From: Tubiluchus corallicola
Lineage: Eukaryota > Animalia > Priapulida
DNA: 64,000 nucleotides
Reading direction: 5' to 3'
Assembly: GCA_030141605.1 (NCBI GenBank)
Contig: JAQGDQ010000134.1
Coordinates: 186,001-250,000 of the forward strand
The position numbers and the translations under genes are program-made. Positions 50,501 through 61,265 of the stretch are shown in pieces. Below the pieces are notes generated by a model. That model was not told where the DNA came from. It saw nothing but the letters and a program-made list of their open reading frames with translations, and searched no databases. Position 1 is the stretch's first letter, and each line of letters starts with the position of its first letter.

Positions 50501-53500
50501 AAGAAGTTCTTTCACAATACAGGAAAACACATGAAGCTTTGTGATTCTATGACTGCTGCCCATGCGTATTGATTAAAACTTAGTAAATAACCACAAAATT
50601 GCTTTAAAATTAACAAAAATCCATTGATTCCTTTGAACCACATTGAACTGATAACAATGATCGCCAAGGTTTCGTTGCTGGTGAGCAGCAGTTTACTCTA
50701 TGACCACCAAGGTATTACCAATATCCTCTCCCATGGGCACCATAGGAAACAAAAATTTTATTTTAATAAAGACCATTGATATGTTACAAGGTCTATTAGT
50801 TACTCCATTTTTTGCAAAGTTAGACAAATTAATTTTAATTACTATTTGAACAATTTCTAAATAGCAGCTGTAGAAACATTGAATTTTAAATCTTTCTGAA
50901 TGTTTTATGCATTTATATATAAACTATCGTAATTTTCTAGTTTTCCCCACACCAGCCTTCTGCATTGGGGTCTTGCTCATATGACTTTAGTGTTCGATTC
51001 TGGGACTTTCGAATAGTGGGTATGCCATTGGCCACAGTTGTGCATCACACGGAATTCGTGTACGGTCTGGATTTTTACTGGTCAGTTAATCAGTAACAAA
51101 ATGTATTAATTCTTACTGGTTAAATTTAATAGATATAATCTTCCTATTATTAGATTTATTTATAAAATTCAAGATTCAAGATTCATTGTGTATCAGTAGC
51201 TAAAGCCTACGTGTTGCAATACTGGCCAAGAATTGTTTTAGAACAGTAAAAAATTATTTTTAGAAACTAAACAAATGAGAACATGATGTAGTTTTCGACT
51301 ATTTTTATTTCACCACTCCATTATGTACATGATGTATTTGACTAAAACGTTTTTTTCCAATGGGCACAACAAAGAAGTTCTTTCACAATACAGGAAAACA
51401 CATGAAGCTTTGTGATTCTATGACTGCTGCACATGCGTAGCGATTAAAACTTAGCAAATAACCACAAAATTGCTTTAAAATTAACAAATTAACAATAATC
51501 CATTGATTCCTTTGAACCACATTGAACTGATAACAATGATCGCCAAGGTTTCGTTGCTGGTGAGCAGCAGTTTACTCTATGACCACCAAGGTATTACCAA
51601 TATCCTCTCCCATGGGCACCCACTTTCTGATTTTTGTGCTTCAATGTTACCTAAGGGCACAAGGCTGCTTGGAGATTGTTAGCAAGCACCACATTGTCAC
51701 TGGTTGCAAAGAAGTATCGCGACATACAAGTTTTATGGCACAAAAATGTTGGTCTGCCATTATGAATAGCGGGTTAAATAATTTGCAAAGAAGTGGCACT
51801 AGTTTAGTACAACACGAAAAAAATGTGAACTAAGATTATCACCCTTACTGGGATTATTAACACTTAGTTCTCTAAACACCATGTACTGGTCGCTTCTATT
51901 CAAATTTATATAAAAACTGCCGATAACAAACTCAAATAGCTCCACATAACCGACTCAAAATTTTGCTTCACATGCTTCAATATGACACTTTTGTGTGATC
52001 AATAAGCTTTTATGATTTTTATGTGATCTTAATTCGCTTTAATGCTCTAATATAGAAACAATCATGTTACGTTAAACACCATTCTGTTTGGATGCAGGAA
52101 CGTTTGTCGTGCACTAATATGCTAGCCTAGGGCGTTTGCATTGACCTGCACGTCAACTATAATTAACCTCATTACCCAAAAATTTCTGGAAATTAAACGT
52201 TTAATCATTCACAATTTGCCTTTGAAATACTTGCTGCCTTTCATAAAACGTTTAATCAGTTAGCTGTTGCTGTTATGCCAGAAGTGCAGGTACAGTACCA
52301 TGCAAACTCAAATGTGTGGATGACAGCTGTGTTGTTTAATGAATGGCAAGTGAAATGGGATGCGAGCTTAAAGCGAAACATCATTTTACTGGTAGGCAAT
52401 TGCACCAGTAAAACACATCAGACGAAGCCACTTGCAGAGAAACACGGGCACCACACACTGCAATTCAAGCACACCAAGCACTAAGTATTTTACGAGAATT
52501 TGTGCATCACGTCACATATCAAAATTTTCATCATTATCAGAACTTTGATACCCAACTTCTTCGTGAAAATGAAGCAACCGATCATGAACAAATTTTCGTA
52601 AATAAACAGACTTGTGTGATTTAAAAAAGTAATTTTTATCTTCTCTTTTTATTAATTCACTTTATGCATTAATATTTTTAAATATCTGCATAGAAATTTA
52701 GGCATTACTTCAAATCTAAAATTCGTTAAAAACCTAAGCCAATGATTCATACTTCTATATTACAATACTAGATTTAACGAGTATCAAGTTGTCCAGTGTA
52801 GGACTAATGTTGCGAAACATTTTATCTCATTTATTGGTCCTACCATGTGGAACAAAATACCTGCAAATATTAAGTCAATTTCGTCGTTACCAAGATTTAA
52901 AAAAAACTTGAAAAATTCATTCCTTCATATTAAAGATTAAGCTTGTATAGTATGTGACGCATGTTCAGATCCACGGTAAGCGACAGACTGGCCCACAGTG
53001 TGCTTCTGTTCATAAATGTTGATATATTTTTGTGATGTCCTAATAGCAATCTCATATTCATTTTCATCCACATCATTTCACCAACCTAATCCTACTAATT
53101 TCCATCTCCTGCACTCTCCACTATCATTCCATCATTTTTGCCTTCCTTTTTTGCACCCTAACACTAGCACCATTAATTGCATTATAGTCAGACAAGTAAT
53201 GCTTCTGACTATTACGCAAGCAACAATTTATATAGATATCTTGCCATGTCAATTTTATTATGAAATTAATGCAACTATACATACCATGTTATCATAATGT
53301 ATTTTGCTATATTGTATTGTTGTTTGGTGATTTCGTAATAAAAATAAAAAAATATTAGTAATACTACATCTATTGGTTAATAGATTCAGTCGGTTGAGTC
53401 AAAACACTACCGTTCAAAGTGAGTCTATTAAGCGCGCATACTGTAATACTAAAGCTGGTATCCTATAAGACTTGCAAAGATGTTTACACTTCCAGTCACA

Positions 53501-54142
53501 TGACTACTTCTACCACATTTATTTCTCAGCTGGAACTACTCGTCTGTTACACACTGATTATTGCTAAATTACGCTGATTATGATAATAGATTCATAAAAA
53601 CAACTTCAGAGAAATTTTAATAGTACTAGAGGACATTCTTACAAACTGTTATTATCATGCTGCAATACTACTATAAAACAAAACTGTTCTTTTCAATAAG
53701 ACTATTTCTCTTTGGAATTTATTGTCATCAGACGACATATATGCTTCATCTTTATCATCCTCTAAAAAGTCTTCTGTTTTTTTACTTGAACTAACAGATT
53801 TGCTATAATTATCTTAAACCCACAGTTTTTTTTCTTGATTAATATTATTAATTCTAGGATATGTACTAACTTTTCTTAAATTCTCTGTCATTGCAAATAC
53901 ACTTTTTTGTTTTATTGTACTATTATTACTAACATTCAGTGGGGCTTAGTAAACCGCATAATGAATGTTTTGCTTGTCACGAAAATTGTTGAATAATAGT
54001 ATAATATGCAATTATAAACGTAGATGAAGCGCTTGTTGTCCCACCACTTTTGTTAAACGGAATTATAAATAATCAGACCTAACGTACCTAAAACCAAGCG
54101 TGCCACATCAGATGGTAAATAATAGTTCTGAATACCAAGCAT
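38589..54142 (-). CDS. NPAT: Protein NPAT (histone locus body scaffold, Mxc/NPAT family), ~2264 aa
   Basis: Exons (minus): 54142-54088, 50193-50020, 49448-49311, 48891-48006, 47839-47734, 47092-46931, 46557-46464, 45938-42303, 41976-41197, 40678-39984, 38657-38589 (TAG), in phase. N-terminal Lis[29 protein letters not shown]; internal [11 protein letters not shown] and DPLFESLF blocks; C-terminal [11 protein letters not shown] (human NPAT ends DVDKFLLSLHY..). The exon 9/10 junction is the least certain. Confidence 0.88.
39535..39941 (-). mobile_element. pogo-family non-autonomous DNA transposon (internal deletion derivative)
   Basis: Perfect 27-bp TIRs CCGTATTTTCCCATGTATAAGAGACCC, flanked by TA on both sides. 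The interior encodes a pogo transposase C-terminal piece ([32 protein letters not shown] plus acidic tail). Confidence 0.9.
43385..43444 (-). repeat. Exact 2 x 30-bp in-frame tandem duplication in NPAT exon 8 (SPSPKKLPN[M/I])
   Basis: ATGTTTGGTAATTTTTTAGGTGATGGAGAC occurs twice consecutively. Confidence 0.9.
50207..51620. repeat. ~535-bp direct repeat pair (50207-50741 and 51079-51620) in NPAT intron 1
   Basis: Near-identical copies from TGGTCAGT.AATCAGTAAC to CCATGGGCACC, with a few substitutions and small indels. Confidence 0.92.
50741..51075 (+). pseudogene. Truncated duplicate of PEX7 intron 5 end plus most of exon 6
   Basis: Matches 59358-59682 almost exactly; I see 3 substitutions in the exon part and an 8-bp intronic indel. 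Retains the acceptor AG (50939-50940) and [18 protein letters not shown], but lacks the exon end and donor. Confidence 0.92.
52275..52484 (+). mobile_element. Tigger/pogo DDE transposase remnant
   Basis: Peptide [34 protein letters not shown] matches the Tigger Y.AN.KAWMT..F.EW..RKILLL.DN block. A possible decayed terminus ..CTGTA lies near 53445. Confidence 0.75.
52761..53352 (+). mobile_element. 5'-truncated CR1/L2-clade LINE (ORF2 C-terminus plus 3' tail)
   Basis: Open frame 52761-52940 [42 protein letters not shown] is typical of LINE RT C-termini. It is followed by a 3' UTR-like tract ending in TAATAAAAATAAAAAAA. Confidence 0.7.
53624..53790 (+). mobile_element. CR1 LINE 3' remnant
   Basis: TRGHSYKL motif followed by a frameshifted ISLWNLL motif, characteristic of CR1 ORF2 ends. 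Confidence 0.55.
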
Positions 54143-54561
54143 AATGCCTGATTTACAATTAACATGCAATTCTACTGACGTATTAACCAAAATGCCATCA
54201 ATTACTTAGTATTTTAAACAAATTAGGAAGAACACTCATTAATGTTTGTTTACACCTGCTTCAATATGGCGGGAAATGTTAGTAAGCAAATATACCCCCA
54301 GATTAAAACGCGTCATTTAAAAATAGTAAATTAATTAACTACTACATCAAGTGAAAACTGCGACAATTTTAGCTTAAATTTAAAAAAATTAGTTCAAATT
54401 TTTTGATAAGTTATTACAAACAGAAAAATTAAAATCACATCAAATTTCAGTTTGTGAATTAGGGATTGAGTACACAAAATCAACATGGTGGCGCCCGTCA
54501 AGTGCAGACTACAGAGGCATTAGCTGTGAGAATTTTAATGATCTAATAAAGTTTATGTAAA
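54143..54561. promoter_or_regulatory. Putative bidirectional promoter NPAT/PEX7
   Basis: Only 419 bp separate divergent ATGs. Contains canonical E2F site GGCGGGAAA (54268-54276), ACGCGT (54308-54313), and YY1-like CAACATGGTGGCG (54481) and AAAATGGCG overlapping the PEX7 ATG. Confidence 0.7.
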
Positions 54562-57500
54562 ATGGCGATTAGTTATAGGACAAACGGGCGTCATGGTTAT
54601 GCTACTCAGTTTTCTCCTTATTTCGGCCAAAGAATTGCTGTTTCTGCATGTCAACAGTTTGGCATATCGGGTAATGTGTTATTTTTAAATTAGCATATTA
54701 TTATTAATTTTTATTATACACGCAATGTGCAAAATTTAGCCATTGTAAAATTTTCTAGGAATTTCACATAACACCTATGCATTTCCAGAAAAAGTATGAA
54801 ATAAACCTTTCTACTGCGGCATCTTCACATTTTACTTAACAATTACATCTTAGTTTGCTAGTGTCAAATAGGTGGTGTCACTAACGACACAAATCGGAAT
54901 ATAGAATCATCGTGTTCTTTGTACCATGATAAGGTGTCAGGTTGCTTCAGCAATCCATTCTGTTGGAGTGAAGTAGTTCAATTGGTGTACATGGGCTAGC
55001 CCAAGTAGGACGCGTCGTACATGGGCTGCTCAAGAAGGACACTAGAGACAGGTTAGGAATTGAGTCGCTAACCGTACTGGCAGCGTCCGTTGTCCATGTT
55101 TATTTAATAATAATAATTGAAAACGTCAATGCACTTTGACTAATTTATTATACACTGATAAAATAAAAGAATCTTATTCTGAGCTAGTAGAATGGCCAAT
55201 GTTAAATTTGGCTTCGATATTAATATTTTTGAAGTGAAATAAGCCCGCTTTTTACTTTTAGGTGATTCCAACATTTGCTTAAGGTATATGCTTTTTATTT
55301 CATCTTGCCTCACAAGCAGGTGATCCGTTTCACTACCTCTTGGACAAATAAATGGTTTCTTCTAAGTAAACGTTTCATTTTTAAACTTGCAATTATTTCT
55401 GTAATAACTGTGTGCATACTTTCTCTCTTTAAAGCATTAGATAATTAGGTTAATGTTATGATGATATTAATGGAGCTGATAATAATGATGATATTATTGT
55501 AAAAAATACATTTCTAAATTGTCATAGACTATCCATCATTTTTATAAAACAAATTTAGATTTATGTTTTATTGTGTCAGAAATTCTCAATTCTCGACCGA
55601 AATCACCTGCTTGGACTGCCCATGCACGACACTGCTTTTCCACAAATTTAGCACATGCACTTTAACGGAAGTGTCCTACTTCGGCTAGTGGTGTACTCTG
55701 CGCCCTACACAAACGTCTTGCTGCCACTGGGGCAGTCTAGGATCAATGTATGTTTCAGGATAACGAACCCAGCGCTACTATGTTTTCAGGAAGCTTGTTC
55801 CAAGCAGTTACAAAGAAATTTTGTTTTCTTCCTCCCCATTTGGAAAGAGATTTCTTGTTGATTTAAGTAAATACCCTATTGTCCTATGAGTCGTCTCAAA
55901 CTGGTTGTTACTGTCAGTTTGATCAGTACCCTTGAGGATTCTGAATGTCTGGATGATATCTTGTCTATGCTTTCTGTATTTTTTAAAATGTTGTAAGTCT
56001 GAGTGTCATAACCTTTCAGGATAGGATCTTTCAACAATCTTTGGAATCATTCTTATTGCTCGTCACTGAATGCTTCCACGTTCACAAATCGTATAAGATA
56101 ACATGTATTGCAGGCAATGCCACGCTGTATTTACTGGACATAACCCCAGAAGGTTTACGCCCTGTACGGACCTTTGAGTGGCGTGACGGATTGTTTGACA
56201 TCACGTGGAGTGAAGCCAGTAGTGATGTAGTTTTAACAGCTTCTGGAGATGGTTCTATACAGGTGTGGAATTTGGCTTTATCAGCACAGGTAAAACCATT
56301 ATTGCATTATATTGTTTTATTTTGCATTTATGAATTGTAGATTGGCTTTCTGGAGCTATAGGAATTCTATCTATTTATGTATGCAGATGTCTTTCTATCA
56401 TCTGAAAAAAGTTGTAAATAAAGCTCAACTGTTGCCATTGTTTAGATGCTGGCCTTTTATGTGACTCCTTGAGTTAATGTCTTCTGAAATGTGTTTTCGC
56501 ATAATCGTGCAGATGCAGAGTAATCCATTTGTCCACAAAAATGAAAAGCGTTAACATAAACTTTTTCACAACACTTAGAGCCTTTCCATTTAAGTACATG
56601 TATACTTGAATAAATAAAACATAATATTTTTCAAATAAAAATCTGAGGTGCACATCTTTTTAAAAGTAATGTCTTGCTGTTTATGCAGAAGTGCACGTAC
56701 AGAAAAAATAACTTCCAAGTTACGAAAAGACAATGAGAGACAAAAGAAAAACTTAGTATGATTACAGTTGAAAGAACGTTGTACATGAGACAGAATTTGC
56801 ATTGATGTAATTGTAAAAGCATTTTATGCTGACTGAACTGTAAAAGAATTGTGACAGCTGACTAAACTGTCACATTAAACTCACGTGTAGAAATGGGGCG
56901 CCAGGGAAACAGCACCGCTCTATCTGCATAATTACTAAGTAGGTAAATACTTGACAAGACAATCTTAGCTTTCAAGATGTTTTTTAGTTCTTTGTATTGT
57001 ATAGGAGCCACAGTCAGTGTGGCGAGGACACAGTAAGGAAGCATATTGTGTGCAGTGGAGCCAGAGAAGAGGTGATCAATTAGTTGTTTCTGGTTCCTGG
57101 GACAAGACTATCAGGTTTGATGATTTAGCTTTCATAGAGACACTTTAGCTTTGTAACTGTTTCTGGTTGATTTTATCTGCCGCTTGATAGGCTGTCTGCC
57201 AAGTGCTCTCAGTGTTTACCTTGTTGTCGAAGGATACATCAAGCTGCTTCACTACGACACTGCTGATGTAATATCTTTTTAGGGGATTACTATTGTAACG
57301 ACCAAGGGTCCAGTCCTGCCATACCCGGCTGTATTAAGTATGCCTTGCTAGACTACAATTTTGTATAGGTCTATGTGTGCAAAGAGTATTTATTTGCATT
57401 GTTGAAGTAGCTAAATTGTTTTTACTAGGCTGTGGGATCCGTTACAAGGGAATACTGTTTCAGTGTTTACTGGGCATGACCATGTTGTGTACAGCACTGT

Positions 57501-60500
57501 TTGGTCTCCGCACATTCCTGGCTGCTTTGCCTCTACGTCAGGTGATTATAGCTCATCTACCGAATTTCAGAAAACTTTTAAAAAGTTTTTAGTCAAGCTG
57601 TCTAGCAGTCAAACAAACTTCCATTTTTGTATTTTCAACATAATTAGGCTCTAATCATTCCATGGGTGGTGCTGTACTAGTTTATTTTTAATTGGCAGAG
57701 ATTATTACTTAATGGGTTATTAAATAAGCTTAGAAATTCTCCTCTTTAACAAAAAATTAAAGCAAAATTCATGTCTATTTCTGTAATTATCTCAAATTTT
57801 TGTAGGTGACAAGACTTTACGGATTTGGGACCTAAAGCGGCCGCACATGGCAAACGTAATCATTCCCGCACACGACGCTGAAGTGCTAAGCTGTGATTGG
57901 TGCAAATATGATCAAAACATACTCGCCACAGGTGCTGTTGATTCACTCATTCGATTGTGGGACTTGCGAAATCCCCGCATTCCCATTAAGCAGTTGGCTG
58001 GTCATCAGTATGCTGTACGCAGAGTAAAGGTGAGAAATCTTTCTTTTTATTATGTTGGTTTGCAGACAAAAGTGATTATCCTTAGTAACCCATGTGGTCT
58101 GCGGGATCACTGTCAGTGATGAGTGGACCACGATCCTGCGGGCCAGATCGGACCAAGATCCACAAGAATTTTGCGGATCGGATTGGATGCGGATCTAGTA
58201 TTGAAAATAAAGAATTATGTGGGCTAGATGTGGATCAAAAATTTGGCAGATCGGATCTTTGCAGATTTTAATTTCAATTAATGTTAATCCTCGATAGATG
58301 ACAATGTGCACGTCGCGGGAAGAAAATGACAGATTGACACTCATCACAAGCTTCCAGGTTGAATAACAATAAAATGAAAATATGAATTAGCTTCATTAAT
58401 TATTAAATGTGTCCTTTGCAAGAACAAATCGCTTTAAATTTTCTTTGTTTTCACTTCAATCAAAACGTCCAATAGTAGCTAAACTCTAAACGCTTACGTC
58501 AATTGTACCATTTAGATTTATATGTACAGTTGAATTATTTTTACATTGTCAAATTTGTTGCACTAATTCTTTTTACTGATCTGTGCAAGGCTGAAACTAC
58601 AAATTTCGTGTATCTCATGTGTAATATATATGACCAATAAAGATATCTATGTATATAATTAACATACTACTGTACTAGTTGTAATAGCAATAGCAGCAGT
58701 AATAAAATATTTTATTTGCCCTTAAAAATACTAATGTTAAAGAATGCAATAACACCAGATAGAGAATACTCTAATATTATCTCTTACAGTTGCAATTAAT
58801 CATTAAAAATGAAACCACCCAATAGACATACTGCAGCAGGGTGCAATTTTTGCTTATTTAAAATATTTTTATTTTTTAAACTAAAGTTAGGTTAAGTGTA
58901 GATTATTTTGCAAATTTGAATTAAAAATTGCCACGTAGGCAGGCATTATGGATCGGAAACATTGCAGATCAGGAAGGATCGAGGGTTTTAATTAATTTAG
59001 TAGAGCAGTCGCAGATCACTGCTAATAGCAAAGTGCAGATCAGACCGCGGATCTCAAGTTTGCAGACCGGGAAGTTAATCAATCTGCTTATCCCTGGTCA
59101 CTATTCGTCATCGGTGACTGGCAATGATCAGCAATCTTTCTCGTAATTTTTCACATTAATCATAAATAAAAGTATTTGTTTTTGTCCACTGTTGGTTTAG
59201 TTGTAGATACCAGTAGGCTTTTTTAAACTGTGTTGTGTCACTTTTTTGCAACTTTTTGTACTTCTATTACACAATAATAAATACAAATACAAAAAATGAG
59301 AGATTCTATTGTGTTTATTGCTGAAATTTCTAATTTGGATGCTTAAACGAGTTTATACATAGGAAACAAAATTTTATTTTAATAAAGACCATTGATATGT
59401 CTATTAGTTACTCCACTTTTTGCAAAATAAACAAATTAATTTTAATTACTATTTGAACAATTTCTAAATTGCAGCTGTAGAAACATTGAATTTTAAATCT
59501 TTCTGAATGTTTTATGCATTTATATATAAACTATCGTAATTTTCTAGTTTTCCCCACACCAGCCTTCTGTATTGGGGTCTTGCTCATATGACTTTAGTGT
59601 TCGATTCTGGGACTTTCGAATAGAGGGTATGCCATTGGCCACTGTTGTGCATCACACGGAATTCGTGTACGGTCTGGATTTTAATCTACATGTGCACGGT
59701 CAGGTAATGTAGTTTTTCTTTCACATTGATGGTCTTACAGGTCGTCTAAGCAGTCACTAATTTTTGTTGTAAACAAAATTTGAAATAAATTTTGTATGAA
59801 GCAAGGAGAAAAAATTGAGCATCACAACAAAGTAACCTGGAAACTTGAAACAAGGTCAGGTCACTAAAGGAGTGTAGTCTCCCTGCTACCCCAGTTTGTT
59901 TAATGCCGATTTCTGTAAACCACACAGAATTCTTATCGAATAGTAAATTTTGGTTTTGCCAGTTGGTACTGCCTTATTACTCTTTTCCATTAAATATTTC
60001 AGTAAACTGAGCTTGTTTTTGTCTGCCTTAACATTGTTAACATTCTCTTGTATTGTATGTTATGCATCAACATTAAAGAATAATTGAAACAATGACTTTT
60101 GTGCTTTTTCTTTCATCTTTAAACTAGGTATAATCACTAACTATTTCACCATATTCTATTTTATCCTTTTCATTTTGTGTTGTTTTGCATTTATGTTAAG
60201 AGGATAAATAAAAATAAACCCAATATAATATTCCTTATGAAAAATCCCATTATGTTATTTATAAAAAAATTATGGACTCGAGAGACACTCTTTTGATTTT
60301 GATAGGGGGTAGAATTGTTTATCCATCAACTGATAGGTTGAAATGCCATGTTGTTGAATTATCGTTAACAGTAAACCTAAATTGTGGATTTTCTTCATAT
60401 AACATGTTAACAGCTGACTGTTTTGCATTGTTAACTGAATTATGCTAAAAATGTTTATTGTAATTCATGGCAGCTCTTGTGCAAAGCTTTTTTCCTAAAT

Positions 60501-61265
60501 TGTCATTCTTATACTATTTAGCTCTATACTGAAATTCTAGAATTTTTTTATACAGAAACCAAGCTTAGGTCGATCTGCGATGCAGCGCAACTCGTCTCAA
60601 CTGACAGAAAATAGTCGTAGATACATGATGAAGTCAACTGCGACTGATTTCCTGCTACTAAAAAGATAAGAGTTTCCGCGAGTTGCATCACTGCTCAGGT
60701 TGACAGCAACTGAGCTTGCATGAATGAAATTGAAAAATCTCTGATCAGACCACTTGACCTGAGGACCACAATCATTGTTGAACAATGGTCAGTTAAAACT
60801 GGGTGGATACCGTATGCCACAAGTGGAACATGAGCAACTCACTGGAACTGAGTTGGGTTGTAAGCTTGCTTATGTCGACTGTATTACTCAGAACCACTGT
60901 ATGCTTCCAGTTGCTGAGTCTTCAGTTGCGTTGCGTCATAAGGTTGACCTAAGCCTGCCTTAAAGAATTCAACCGTGTTCTGGAAACGTTATTTACAATA
61001 GCATTCTTTGTAAATGATATTGTGTAAACTAGTTGGTTCTTAACATAAAAAACTATTAGCCAGAAGTAATGATGTTATAAGCTAACCCTGTTTGCAAACA
61101 TAGTTGCTTTCAATTCTTTGCATCAGTTTCAATTTTGTAATGCATTTTTAACTGTTTACTTACATTAATTTTGCTTTTCAGGTTGTTGACTGTGGATGGG
61201 ATGAAATGGTGCGTGTTTATTCACCGCAAGCATTGAGGGAGCCACCATCAGTGCCTATACGGTGA
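54562..61265 (+). CDS. PEX7: Peroxisomal targeting signal 2 receptor (WD40), 323 aa
   Basis: Exons 54562-54670, 56114-56289, 57005-57114, 57429-57541, 57806-58029, 59548-59703, 61182-61265 (TGA); 972 nt in frame. Motifs [98 protein letters not shown]. Confidence 0.96.
58114..59096. mobile_element. hAT-like non-autonomous element in PEX7 intron 5
   Basis: CAG...CTG termini with imperfect TIR (CAGTGATGAGTGGA / TCTGCTTATCCCTG), degenerate 8-bp TSD (ATCACTGT / GTCACTAT), and clusters of CGGATC/CAGATC subterminal repeats at both ends. Confidence 0.65.
60557..60960. mobile_element. MITE (PIF/Harbinger-like, tentative), copy 2, inverted relative to 2964-3381
   Basis: Starts CCAAGCTTAGGTCGATCTGCGATGC and ends GGTTGACCTAAGCCTGCCT-TAA; colinear reverse-complement similarity to the TULP4-intron copy. 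Confidence 0.6.

Noticed and set aside
1312-61265. U12-type (minor) introns
   Set aside because: All inferred introns are GT-AG, and none of the donors shows the RTATCCTT signature.
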